DNA of 64,000 bases from Lama glama (taxonomy: Eukaryota): positions 20,462,001-20,526,000 of the forward strand of contig CM052818.1 of NCBI GenBank assembly GCA_028534125.1. Reading direction: 5' to 3'. The notes under the pieces are model-generated. The model was not told where the DNA came from. It did no database searches and was given only the letters and a program-made list of their open reading frames with translations. Positions 1 through 13,150 of this stretch are shown here, in pieces. The first letter of the stretch is position 1. Each line of letters begins with the position of its first letter. Both the position numbers and the translations under genes were made by a program.

Positions 1-129
1 CAACACTCTCCTTGTGCTTTTCTTCTATTCAAAATCAGGTGATGACCACCGACCCCCACCTTAGAGGTTTGGCAGGATAAAATGAAACAGAATTAAAGGA
101 AATGAAACCTGGGAGGGACATTAGAAATC

Positions 130-230
130 ATTTTGAACAAGGTTTTATTTATTACTATAGATGTCAGGCACTGTTCTCAGCACTTTATAAATACTAACCT
201 ATCTAATCAGCACAAGGCTATGAAGCAAAC
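130..230 (-). mobile_element. MIR SINE fragment
   Basis: aggcactgttctcagcacttta...atctaatcagcacaa resembles the reverse MIR 3' half. Confidence 0.5.
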
Positions 231-3200
231 ACTACTGGTGTACCCAGTTTATTAGGATGAGACCCAGGGACCCAGAGAGGCATGGAGTTTGCTCATGGTC
301 ACCCAGGTGGGAAAGGGCCAGAGGGACACTGGGATGCCAGCTAGGCTCCAGGTCTGCTCTGCTCGGCCCTGGAGAGGAAGCCCAGAGCAGATCCTGGCCT
401 GGGAGCCAAGCCTCCCGCTGCTCTAGGCTGCTGCTCCTAATCCGAGGATAAAACAGTCTGCAGAACAATCAAAGCCATGTAGACTGGCTTTGGGGGAAAA
501 CACAGGCGTGTGCAAGACAAGAGTCAGCCACACCCTCACCAGCCACCTCATCCCCAGGGAAAGTCTTGCAAGACTTGTGGGGAAGCCCTCAGGGAAATGT
601 ATTCCACCAAGGTTACCTTCCCAGCAGGGATAAATCCAGTGGAGTCCAATTTTTTCCTAATTCTGTGGGGAAATGCACTCCAGAAGCTCTTCAGAAGACA
701 CAGCAGGACCTCAAAGACGTTTCTTCACCTCTGAACCCAAACATAATCCAGTACATTCAAATGTTTCCTCAATATCCAATTGGCCTGCCTTAATTCCTGA
801 AAGTTGTTCAATAGGGAGCCGATTTATTTCTCCCTTGGCCAACTGCCAGTCCACTTAAAACCCTTTCACTCTCAGTCAGATGCTCTGTTATATTTAAGAC
901 TCAATTTTCCTCTCTCTCTCTGGCTTCCTCCTCCATTGCTGATCCAATCACTTCAAGGATTTTAACCTTTTCTCTTTAGCAGTTTAATGCATTTGGGTCC
1001 CTCTGACTGCCTTTCTTCCCTCTTCCTCAAGTTTACCCCTCCCCTACCTTGTTCTGGAGTAGCCCGGGGGCACCGCCCAGCATAGTGCCTGGAGGGGGAA
1101 AGGGGAGGGAGGCCATCTGTGCCCCTCATGCACCCAGGGCCTCCACCAGGTCTTCTGAGCCTGTACTGATGAGGGGAAGCCCAGTGTTGTCCTTCCGGGC
1201 AGACACCCGGCCAAACACTGGTCCAGCCGAGTGGTGGGTGGGAGCAATCTCCAACAGGGGTTCCAGTTAGGGATGCCTGGGCCTCTGCAGGCCTTGCTAA
1301 CCCAGCCAGGCATCTCAGAAGCTGCTGGAACACTGATGCCCAGAGCTCCTGCCTGACAGAGGGTGGTGGGCCAGCAGCAACAGAGCGTGGCCTCTGCTCC
1401 TGCTGCCCCTTAGCCAGGGGCCACATGGAGGAACACAGCACTCTGGTGAGGCAGAAGCAGCTGCCCCCCACTTAGCCCAGCAGAGGGTAAGACTAAGGAG
1501 TGACCCAGGGTCACACCAGCCAGGCCTGAGTTCAGAATCAGGAAGATTTTCAGAGAGAACATGGGAAACCTTAACCCTCCTCTACCCAAATTACACTGAG
1601 CTCAGCCACGCACAGCGCCATAAGGAGAAAGGGCTCACCTCGGTTTAATTGTGGGTGTTGAGCTTTGTTTTAGTAAACGCACGATTTTAAATCTCCAGAG
1701 TATCTGAGCCGTTCTCCAGCTGGAGAGCTGTAAGGATTTAATTAACCTAATTACCTGCAACTTCCTGCCTCCAGAAACTGGTGCTCTGTAACTTGGCAGT
1801 GCCCTGGCCCAGGCAAAGCCGTCTCTGCCCTGTGAGCAGCACTAGACCCCCGGATGCAGCTTCTCTCTGCCCAGCAGCCGCCCAAACGAGGAGATATCCA
1901 AGAGGCATCAAGACTCTTCCACTTGGCCTTCGTGACTGGCTGACCAGCTAATTAGGAGGTTTTATATTAGATTCCAGTGTGTTCTGGGAAACCATGTCAT
2001 GCTCCACACCTGGGACGTGTGGGTGGGGGAGGAAGGTTGAAGTGCTTCATTGAAAGCAGCCCTCCCGCTGCACACGTGTACACGTACACACACACTTGAA
2101 CATCATGCTGTGTACAAACACAGACTTCCTCCCACTTAGCCTCTTGGACAAAAAGACCTTAAAGGGAACGCTTTGCCATTATGGGAATCACATCTCACTC
2201 AGTTTCTGACTCTGCATGTCCTGAAAAGAGCTCTGGGTCAGCAGTTCAGATAAGGATGTGCGCACAGACCACGAGGGCCAAGAGCCAGTCCTCACACACG
2301 CTTTAGCACATACCATAGCTGGAAGGTTTATCCCCTCGTCTCCACCCTCCCAGCCTGTCTCTGTTCATCCCAGAACCAGCAGAGGCTTCAGCGGGGCCCT
2401 GGTCAGCCCACCTGTCCCTTAGGAAGAGCCCGCAGGGCCAAGATGCAGGGCCCAGCGAAAGCCCTGCTCCGCCTGGCTTTCAGGAAAGCACACAAGGGCT
2501 CCCATGTGCTGAAGCTGTGTTTTACTGGACTGCAGGATGCTTTTGGCTGATTATTAAAGTCGCAGTCTACTATAGCCCATCAACAACCAATTTGGCCCCA
2601 GTAAAATGGATTCCAATTCCCTCAGCACTTGTCTCCTAGCAATCAGCTCATCAATATACATAATGTTTAGAAGCTGGATATTGATCGTGGAGTCTAATGG
2701 ACTCATTATTCAGGATTCTGCTTGACCTCTGGAATAACATTTTATTGGAGCTTCCCTCTCCTTCCACTACCAAATACCAAATCTGGGGGTGGTGGGGAGG
2801 GGGACTGGGGATGTTGGAGAGGAAACAAGAGAGGTTCCTGGGGCTTGGCTATAAATCAAGGATGCTAGTGACCTGGGGTTTTCCCCAGCCAATATGAAGT
2901 AGCCCATAATACTGCCTGCCCCCTGCACCACTGAATTAACAAGGAGCTACTGTTGCCATAGGATACAGCAAGCACCAGTGGTGTGATTAACACTGGTGGC
3001 AGCCAATGATCCTGTGTCACAATGCCCACAGAAGAGCCTTGGAGTCCCTGCCAGTGTCTGTACAATAGTCAGCAGAAGCACCATGCCCTGGCCCTCAAAC
3101 ATGGCCCCCATAATCCAGCTCCCCAGCATGTTCGACTCCCCACCCAGGGCCGGGTGACACACATTCACAGCACAGGGACTGCCCCTGAGCTCCCCTCAAG

Positions 3201-4127
3201 TCCCTGCTCTCAGGAGCATGTCCTACACAGGGCTTCTGGGGCAGAGGGGAGAGGGAGTGAGTTGTTGAGAAGAGGAATGCACATGGGGCAGGTGGTCCAG
3301 CCACCCAGCAAGTCACAGGGAGACTTCTTCCACAAAGATTAACTTGATTCTTTTTCCTCCTGATGAGCCCACTGGTGAGCTCTGGCCATTTAGTAATCAT
3401 CACTGAGCATGGAGCTAAGACGTTTGCTTCTTGGCGGCAAAAGGCATACCCAGAACCTCCCAGACCCCGACCAAGCCCACATCTTTCCTTCACAAAACTC
3501 TCATTTCATCTACAGTCAATACAAAGACACACTTTTAAACTATTGCTTCATTTTCACCTGTGAGACAGTTTGGTGTCCTCAGCTACATTTTAAATTCCAA
3601 AACTGGAGGGTAGGGTGTTCAGAAAACTTATCTTCTCACCTTCTCCCACACCCTGAGGTTTGCCCTGGACTGTGCTGGGCCGACCCCTATAGTGCGCACT
3701 GCAGGCAGGGAATTTGTAGTCCTTCTGATCTTCTGACTTCAAGACTTCAGTTCAGATACAACTGGCTTCTTTCTATGAAACTATACACTTTTCACTTTTC
3801 CAAAAAAGCTGAAAATCTGTGTGTTTTTTTTTTTTTAACCCAAAGGTAAAGCTCTGGGACCTTGCATTTGTTTGCTTTTAAAAGCATGTGAGCCAAATAA
3901 AATACCTTCTAGGCTACAATCTCTCATATATAAACCCTTCCAAACTGAGGGAGATGTAATAAAAGCCAACAGAAGTGCGGAGGGAGCCTTTGGATGCAGT
4001 AACTCATCTTCCAGGAGGAGGGCCCAGGCTCTTGAGAGAACCTGCGATAAATCCATGCTACCTTGCCCGTATGTTCCAAAGTCACTTTCTGGTCCACATG
4101 TCTAGGTTTCCCAAGCATCCTGTGTGA

Positions 4128-4312
4128 GGGTGCCAGATTTAGAAAATAAAAACACAGGATGTCCAGTTACATTTCAATTTCAGATAAACAATACTTTTTT
4201 TCTTGTATCAGTATGTCCAGTGCAATATTTGGGACAGAGTTATATTGAAAATTACGCAGAGTTGATGTGAAGTTCATGGTGGCAGGGCAGCCTGTATTTT
4301 ATCTGCAACCCC
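4128..4312 (+). mobile_element. MER53-like hAT MITE
   Basis: Starts agggtgccagatttagaaaataaaaacacagg and ends tgtattttatctgcaacccc; ~190 bp, palindromic, matches recalled MER53. Confidence 0.8.
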
Positions 4313-4759
4313 GATCCTGCCAGCTCTTTGAGTTTCACCTTCACTCATAGCCCTACCTGGTGCCACCCAGGGTTCTGTCCTAGCAGTGGGGCTGTACTGT
4401 TGATGCAAAATCCTCTCCCATATTTCAAGAGAAGAAAAGGGATGATGCTAACAGAAACAGTATTTTTTAAAGCCTGTGTTAAGAGTCTCAAAATATTGGG
4501 AATAACTTCTAAATCAAGATGGCCCAAGGATATTTTACTCCAGGATGGGCACTCTTGGAGGACAACTCACTCAATGGTTTCATCACATGAAGTCCCTCTA
4601 ACTTCCTTCCTATCAATCCTCCTGGGATTTCAGACCACTGACAACATGACTCTATTACTAGTGACTTGCACTAAAAAACACACTGAAATAAAATCATTTA
4701 GGCTAGCATTTGCCCAACTCAATTATACTCTTTGGAACTCTATTCCTGCCAAGATCCTC

Positions 4760-4935
4760 CTGGAAAAAAACATGGTTCTGTGGTTCAAGCAGCAGGAAAC
4801 TGCCCGCTGTACATGCCCATCTGGGAAAGTCGCTGTGAACATCAGCATGTGAAAGGCCTGAGGAGTCTTGCAGGGAAATTTTGAGTTACTTATTCCAGCA
4901 ACTTACCCAAACTTACTTGACCACAGAGCACACCA
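4760..4935. mobile_element. Old hAT-Charlie-like DNA transposon remnant
   Basis: catcagcatgtgaaaggcctgaggagtcttgcag...cccaaacttacttgaccacaga resembles a Charlie/MER-type core; a related piece lies at 18.1-18.25 kb. Confidence 0.4.
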
Positions 4936-6799
4936 GTCTCTACCTCCCCCATCTAATATCTATTAACCCTATAGATAACTTGAGATATTAGATGAATGAT
5001 TCCTAAACATAACTAACCCTTCAGATAATCTTTCTTTCTATGCCCTAGGGAAGGTCTGGGGCTCTGAGTTCTTCAGAAGTGTTCCTTGTCCTGTTCCCAG
5101 ACCTGTTCAGTCAGTCATGGTCTTCCTTCAAGGCCTACCCAAGCTCCACCTTCTCCACGAAGCCTCCCTGACCTCCTGGCCTCTCCAGCCACACTGATCA
5201 CTTCCTTCTTTGTTTCTTTGATCTTTCATTTAGCAATGACTCTCAGCACACCTATTTCTACATCCCGTGCCTACAGGACAGTAATCCAAATATGCCGACT
5301 TGATGATTTTGCTGTTGTCTTCTGATTCTTTTATTTCTTTATATGTTGGCTCCTCAACCAGACTTGAAGATACTTGGGATGAGACTCTTCACCTGCTTAA
5401 CCGCAGCCCATTACTGCAAGATGGGCTGGGCATCCAGGTCTTTGGTAAATCCTTATTGACAGAAGTAAGTCTACTAATGCTTCTGGGTTCTAATCATTGC
5501 AGGTTTCAGAAACAAGAGATGGTTTTTCTAAAAGAGTCAAGAGCTAACTTCTCTAGTGTACCATGAAAGATGAAAGCTTAATCCCAGAGTCGCCTTCTGA
5601 GCCACACATTGTGTGCCCCTCCCATCAGTCACCACCCACCTGGCAGACACCCAATTCCAACCAAACCAGTAGAGGAGGGAAAGACCTAAGAAGACCAGAG
5701 ATTTTCATGAGGCGGAAATAATTTCCCAGTTAGCTTACAGGGCAAAATTCCCAAGGATGATGGGATCTACAGCCTTGAAAGTCAAATGATTTCAATTCTT
5801 CTGTCCTGGGAAATACCATTTCACTATCCTAAGGCAAGGATGGCCACACACTCTGTAAAAAAGAACAGATTGCAAAGTGACCTACTCTCCAACTCTGAAG
5901 TCACAGGACTCTTATTTAATGTTTGTGGTGGGGCTTCAGGGTTTTACAGATATCAAGGCCCATGCACTGCAGACATCTAACAATTCCACTGCATTACCAT
6001 AGTCTTCAGGGAGCTCTCATCTTCTCCCTAAGACTCTGATTTAAAAAGAAAAATCTGGGCAACAACAGGGGAATCTCTAAAACACACAATGGGAAATCTA
6101 AACACATTGTACAAATCAACCGTGCACACGCTTCATTGTCCCAGAAGCATATTTTTTCCATCTCAGGTCAATTATTAAGAAAAAAAAACTTCAAATTCCA
6201 CATTCAAAGCTTTAAATAAATGGCCCTGGTTTCTAAGGTGAAACAGACTGATCTCCTTTTGAATGATATCAAGTGATAAAAAAATCAGTAATAATCTGAT
6301 TTTTGTAAATCAATTATTTTCTAAAATGCATAGATGTTTTGAAGGCCCGTGGCAAACTTCATTGGATTCAGTTCCTAAAAAAATCAAATGAAAATGATGT
6401 GAACCAGCTAACACATTTCCTGAGTGAAAACACTGCCAGGTCTAGGCATTTGGTATTCAGTAAGAAACATTTTAGCATCCTAGACCACTAATGCCTTGCT
6501 TGTCCCCATCTCAATCCTCAATCCTAATCAGTTAGAAATATGCAACACAGACACCTATGCTTTGCGAGCACAATTCATAAGTCTTGGATTTTGTAGTAAT
6601 TTCTGTATCTGAGCAATCTCAGTGAGATTTCAGGTAAAAAGGGGTCCAAATATATTCAATAAGATTTAGTGGATCAAATCAATTCTCAGCATTCAGGACT
6701 TAGCCCAAATGTCAATTTTCCAGAGTCCCTCTCCAGCCACCACAAGTACATGGTTCTCTACCACATTAATTTCACATTTTAACATTCTCAAAGCCCTTA

Positions 6800-6935
6800 T
6801 AGAACCTATATTGCCTTCTTCACATGTTAAACATTTATTGTCCATCCCCCATCAGTAGAAAATAAGCCAAGAGATCTCCTTGCCGTCAGGACGGCTGTCT
6901 GGTTCAATGCTGTATCCCCAAGGCCTAGTTCAGGG
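6800..6935 (+). mobile_element. L2 3' fragment
   Basis: tgtctggttcaatgctgtatccccaaggcctag is the typical L2 3' end motif. Confidence 0.55.
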
Positions 6936-6945
6936 GTGGTGATGG

Positions 6946-7455
6946 TTTTGCAACTATCACCACCATTCATTTCCAGAACTTTCATATTCCCAGACTGAAA
7001 CTCTGTACCCCTCAGTCCCTCCTCCCCCTACCAACCATTCTTCTACTTTCTGTCTCTATGAATTTGACTACTCTAGGACCTCCTATAAGCAGAATCATAC
7101 AAGATTTGACCATCTTGTAGCATGTGTCAGAATGCCATTGTATAGATACACCACATTTTGTTAATACATTTATCTATGAATGGACATTTGCATTGTTTCC
7201 ACCTTTTCACTATTCTGAATAATACTGCACTGAACATTGGTATGCAAATATTTGTTTGAGTCTCTGTTTTCAGATTTTGAGGGGTATACACCCAATAGCA
7301 GAATTTCTGAATCATGGTAATTCTATGTTTAATTTTTTGAGGAACTGCCATGCTGTTTTCCATAATGGCTGCACCGTTTTACATTCCTGCCAACAGCACA
7401 CAGGGTTCCAATTTCTCCACATTTTCATCAACGTTTGTTATTTTCTGGGTTATTT
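6946..7455 (-). mobile_element. L1 (L1MB-like) ORF2 C-terminus plus 3'UTR fragment
   Basis: Minus ORF 7127-7363 (MENSMAVPQK...CIPMFSAVLFRIVKRWKQCKCP...NKMWCIYTM) is the L1 ORF2p C-terminal signature. Confidence 0.9.
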
Positions 7456-8179
7456 TTTGTTTGGGGGCTTTTTTTCCCTAATTGCATTTTATCTGAAGCA
7501 ACAGTTTCCACTTAATGTTGGTTGTAGATTAATGGATCTAATGAGAACAAACTTTGACCTGGTTTACCGCCTAATGCACAGAGGTTACAAACAGCCAAAT
7601 AAAAATAATTCTCCTTTCACAGCTCGGCATGAGCTAACAGCACAAGGATTATTTCTGAATATTTAGAGTCACCTCCCACTAAAAATATAAGGAAATAAAA
7701 GAAACAGAGAACCAACTGCTGGGCAACTTTCTCCCCAGACCAGTGTCAACCTTCTCTGCAAACAGCCCCAGCCGACAGCAAGTGGAACATCAGGCAGGAG
7801 CTGCTCTGTGCAGCCCTAACTACAGGCCCTGCCAATTCTGGAAGAGCATGAAAGGGCCTTTGGAAACTGTGTGGTGTTGGCCATTAAGACTTGGAAGGAA
7901 GGAGGAGTGGAAATTACAGCCATCTGAATGCAATTGCCTGGCTTTATCTTTGCCCAACACTCCAAGAGCCTATAAACATCAGTGGAGGGAAAAGGGTTTA
8001 ATCTCCAAAGACATAAAATTTTCAGAGCTATGTGACCTCTGAAAGAATAAGGCCATCTGAGAAAACTATTTCCTGAAACTCAAATCCAGGCTTGGGGAAT
8101 GAGGCCACCAGCCAAGACTCAGTCTTCTACTTTTCAAAGGCTGTTTGCACATCAGCCTTTCCCACTGGATTTGGATGCT

Positions 8180-8285
8180 GGGGAGAAAAGACTGTGGCCT
8201 ATTTAACTGTCTCCCCAGCCCTTAGTACAGGGCTTGGCACCCAGCTGGGAATGAATACACAGTTCCTAAAACAATAAATGAATAG
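8180..8285 (+). mobile_element. L2 3' terminal fragment
   Basis: tctccccagcccttagtacagggcttggcac...aataaatgaat. Confidence 0.6.
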
Positions 8286-8992
8286 ACGACACCAATCTAA
8301 GAAGAGTGAGGGCTTTCGGATTCCAGAGGTGGGAGAAGGTTGCCTTCTTGATACATTCTACCCTGACAGTTGCCTTGCTCATAGAGTAGGCCTTGGTGTT
8401 CTATGAAGACCCAGGACAGCACATCTTCACAGAAATTCCTGTAACTGTCATGGCCTCATATGAGTTCATGGTTGAGATAGGCCTTCTCCATCCTGGTCTT
8501 GGAGCCAGCCCTAGGAAACACTTGTCTGGCTAGAATGGTTTTCAATTCCCTCTCTCTACTCCCCAATCCATTCTATGTCCCACTACACTCCGACTGTCAC
8601 AACGTACCCCTTTCCTTCCAACAATAACAACAGTGTGGGTGATAATGACAGTAACAACCAGCTTCCTGTATTGTTCTACAGTTTCCATAGGGCTCTCAAC
8701 TGCATTAGTTTATTTGACCCCCAGCATGGCCTAAAAGGAAAACCAAGGAGACACCTGACTCACTGAAGGTATGTGGGCAATACATGGTAGAATCAAGTCT
8801 CCAGACTCCAAAAACCCAATCCTCTTTCTGTTAGCAGCTTTCTGTTCCTTAAACATTACCAAGCACATCTTACTCTCAAAACCAAAACTCACATCCTTTA
8901 GGACTGTTCTCAATTACCCACTGACAGGAAAGATGGCTCCCAGTGGATAGAACCTAATCACGCTGATGTGTTAATGATTGCAAATGATTTCA

Positions 8993-9531
8993 TGTGTTCG
9001 TAGTTCTTTTAAAAGATGTCCACAAATTCTTTCATATTCCTCTCTTCAAGAAGTGGAGCTTAATTCCCCCTCCCTTCCAGCATGGGCTGGACTTAGTGAC
9101 TTGCCTCCAAGGAATAAAAAAGGTGAAGCGATGTTGTGTCATTTCAGAGACTAGGTCTAAGAGCCACTATGGCTCTACCTTTGCTCCCTCTTGGACCACT
9201 CTCTGTGGGGGAAGCCAGCTGCCATGTTGTGAGGACACCCTAGTAGTTTTATGGACAGACTTACACAGCAAGACAGAGGCCTCCTGCCAACAGCCATGGG
9301 AAAGAGTCATTTTGGAAGTGGATCCTCCAGCCCTGGTCAAGCTTTCAGATGACTGCAGTACCAGCCAGAAAATTGACTGCAGCCTTATGAGAGCCCCTGA
9401 GCCAGAACCAACAAAATGAAGCTTCTCCCTGAATTCCTGACCCACAGAAACTACAAGTTAGTAAATGTTTATCGTTATCAAGCAGCTAAATTTGGGGGTA
9501 ATTTGTTACACATTAACAGGTACCTAACACA
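8993..9531 (+). mobile_element. MaLR solo LTR (MLT1F/G-like)
   Basis: TG...CA ends; diagnostic ggggaagccagctgccatgttgtgagg, gaattcctgacccacagaaact and tttgggggtaatttgttac. Confidence 0.85.
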
Positions 9532-9589
9532 GGTATCTAAGACAGTTTTCTATCACTTAGGAAATAGACATACTTTAAGAAAGGTTATC

Positions 9590-9960
9590 TTTTTAAAAAA
9601 AACCTTATTTTTATACCATTAATGCATACTTATTTTAATAAGATTTTAAATCTAGATAGGAACAAAGATAAATTCTAAAAAATTACTCATTCTCACCAAG
9701 AAATAACTAATTTTATCATTTTAATGTATAACTTTTCCTGTTTTCTTCTTGTGTGTATGCATTTATTCTTCCCACTAAAAGAGCTCATATTGCTTAGAAC
9801 CTGCTTTTTGTCATTCAACAATACTGAATACTATTTCCAATCATTAAAGTTAAAATTATAGTATTTGGAATAGTCGCATGGTACTTTATTGTGTAATATA
9901 CCAAAATATACTTAACCGATCTTTTTTTTTTTAAGGGGTTCAGGCTATTACCAGTTGTCT
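9590..9960 (-). mobile_element. Old L1 (L1ME-like) 3'UTR fragment
   Basis: AT-rich reverse L1 3'UTR motifs: cctgctttttgtcattcaacaat, catggtactttattgtg, atacttaaccgatc. Confidence 0.5.
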
Positions 9961-12320
9961 TAATCATTAACAAGCCCGCAGTGGGAAAATGTCCACGTGC
10001 CTTTTATGTGCTTGCCGGCTATGTCCTTGGCGTAAGTTGATAAAAGTGGAACAGCTGGATAAGAAAAGGTATATACTTATTAAACGAGTGCCATGCATAA
10101 TGGCAAATTTATATTCTCCCAGAGTGTCCCTCTCACCACACTCTGACCAGCCATGGTTATTATTAAAATTCAACTCAAAGAACTGAATCTCTAGTGAAGG
10201 AGTTTCTGGCAGCTGGCAGACCAATGAAAAGCCACTTAGGTGGCTGAGGAAGTGTTTCTCTCAAACCATACACCATCTTGCAAGTCCCTCCATCCAAGTT
10301 GCCACTAAACTGACCTTGGCTCCTCTTTCTTCAGCCACACAGACCAGGGGAAAAGAAGACAGAAATCATCTCTTCCGTGAAGGGCACCATCTCCTTGTAA
10401 ACCTCTTAACATCTAGCAGTCATCTTGGGCAACATGCCTTCCATCCTCTAAGGATCCTCAATTGCATTGTGTTCTGTAACACTAGCTATGCATTTATTCC
10501 TTTGACCTAGATAAACCTTCCCCAGGTTTTTACAATAAAAATGTAAAATAAAAACCGTCAAATGGTTATTTCTGTTACTGACTTGTCTCTGTCAGCATGG
10601 ACCAAGATGGGCAGCCTGATTAAAAAGAGGAGACTTGATTCATCAGAACTACTGACACATTGCCTTGCACAGCAATTACCAAGCTGTGTTCTGAGGAAAG
10701 CCAATATCCTACAAGTGCTCTAAAGGTATCATCTTCCATGCAATACAGGCTGGGGGATACTGGCCAAGGTTACATGGATGGGTGCATGCACAGATAGGTG
10801 GATGGGTAAATGGATAAACCAGGTATTAATGCCTATATTTCTTACTGAACTAAAGAGTGGACAGTTCTCTAAATTATTTAAGTGTTGGTTTCATATAATT
10901 TTAGCTATTTCAAAGGACATATTATATTTAATAATACCACCAATCTAGTTATTAATGGTCATCATTTTTTTCTCCTACATCCCTGCTTTTAAAGGCTAGA
11001 CATGAAGCTCCAGATTACAAGCAAGTCACCTCTGGTTATTTAGGAACATGTATATATTTAGGATTATTTACCAACTGCATTTATTTTCTCCATAATCTAT
11101 TCAAATAAAAGTATTTGTGTACGTCACTCCACTGATAAGGGTATACTGACTCAAAATTATTCTGTCTTCTAAGGAAAATATTTACATTATGGGGTTTACC
11201 AAAAATAATGTCAATTACTTGATTCAAATATGTAAATCCAATATATAAAAAGCCAGAGAAGGGAAATGCAGAAAAAAGGCTGAAGAGGAAAACCAGGCAT
11301 TTAGGTGGTCATATCATCCTTGTAGGATGCCTGGGAGATGAGACTTCCAGGAGACAGGAGGGAGCAAAGAGCCCTTTCTCCACTATGGCTACTTAAAGCC
11401 CAGGACTTCGAATTTCTTCCCCTGGACCCCGTGCAGACCACCTATAGGCAGGGTGGGGATGCCTACGACCATTTAACCAGCCTACAAAGAGCAATGTGCC
11501 CCTGAAAGAGGTTCAGTGACTTGAACAAGGCAACAGAGCCAGGCTGAAGATGAGAACCAGAACCCAGATCCTCCCATGCCCACCGGGTAGGAGCAACATC
11601 AAGGTAACAGATGCCCCTTCACGGATAACCGCCTTGGCTTAGGCACATCCAGGACAGGAATCGCAAAGTGCTGGGACTCCACAAGCGTCCTCCTCCACCT
11701 TTCTCAGTAAGCCTCAGTCTCAGTCCACACACCAGCATCTCTGGAACCCCTGGTCCATGCCCCCACCTTTCTATATTAGTGTCTCCGCCCTGAAGGGCCC
11801 ACGCACTGCCTCTATCCTGAGCAGATCTCACCTTGCAGAGACGACTCTTGCTTTCCTAACGCACTGGGATGGGTGCCATGCCCTCTTCTGCTTGGCTTCC
11901 CCAGCCAACTAACAGAGCATACATAAGGGCTCAGTACAATTTGACTCAGCTGAGATGGAAAAGCTGACATCACCTACACTGCATGCCTTCAGAGTGACAT
12001 CTACCAGATGATGAATAAAACATAATCACTTTGCATAAACTCAGAAAAGCATTTTTTCCCTGGCCAAATTAGAGAAATAAAGAATGAATTAGACTTTTCC
12101 CAGTGTCCTGTCATTCCTTTTAAAATCATCACATGGCTATCTTGCCTCAGTCGGCTATACTTTATCCCCATGGTCCAGGGTCCAGCCAAATGACATCAGG
12201 GTGCAAAGAGACAGCCAGACCTACCCTGCCTGCACAGCAGACACTTTTTTTTTTTAAAGAAAAAGTCCTCTTTTACACCTTGAAATCCTCCAAAGTTAGT
12301 ATTACCAGTATCAGGCTCAC

Positions 12321-12372
12321 CACTCCTGGGAGTTATTGTTACTAAAGCTGTCTGTGTTTCAAGGGAGCACAC
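12321..12372 (-). other. Candidate short non-coding exon
   Basis: Minus strand ttctgttctgtttttacttatggtcaccag|GTGTGC...GAGTG|gtgagc; alternative donor CTG|gtaata extends the exon to 12306; unique sequence. Confidence 0.3.
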
Positions 12373-12699
12373 CTGGTGACCATAAGTAAAAACAGAACAG
12401 AAATCAATTTGTGCAAATGTACCTAATCAACACCATTTATCATCCCTCAAATTTATTTCATTCCTCAGTAGACATTCTCCTCCACATGAGGCCAAACCCT
12501 TAAAACTAACATCCTCAACAAGCACCTCTGCCTGCCCTAGTTCCTCATCTACCCAGGTAGAGACTGAACCATGGATGACACTGATGAACTCACTTTTTAA
12601 ATGAAATTTTTTTCCCCTACTTTAGGGGGAAATGGGAGGGAACTACTATGAGCCAGGCACCACAGACACGTTGTCACACACTCTGTCAAATACCATCTT

Positions 12700-13050
12700 C
12701 ATCAAATGGAGTTGACTATGTGCAACAAGAGTGACTCTTAAAACAACTCGCAAGTAAAGGACACCAGCGACAATAGAATATATTCTCCACAATGCCATTT
12801 TCATGAAATCCTAGAAAATGTACAGCTTTAGATTCATAAAGCAGATAAGTGATTGCCAGTGGCCAGAGATGAAGTGAGGGAGCTGACTACCAAGAGGCAT
12901 AAGGAACTCTGAGGATGGTGGCAATGTTCATACTGTGATTGTGCTGGTGGTAGGAGATTGCATACATTTGTCAAAACTCATCAGATTTATACTTAAAATT
13001 GGTAAAAAAAAATTATATGTAGCTTGTATTTCTATAAAGCTGATTATAAA
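12700..13050 (+). mobile_element. Old L1 (L1MC/ME-like) 3' end
   Basis: gcagataagtgattgccag...atacatttgtcaaaactcatcagatttatacttaaaatt...ataaagctgatt followed by an A-tail. Confidence 0.75.
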
Positions 13051-13074
13051 AAAAATTTTTTTATCCCATATTCA

Positions 13075-13150
13075 CATCAACTCTGTGAAATGGCATTATT
13101 ACCCCCATTCCAGGGTTAAAGAAACTTCACCTCAGACACTGAGTAACTTG
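13075..13150 (-). mobile_element. MIR fragment
   Basis: caactctgtgaaatggcattattacccccatt...gagtaacttg. Confidence 0.55.
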
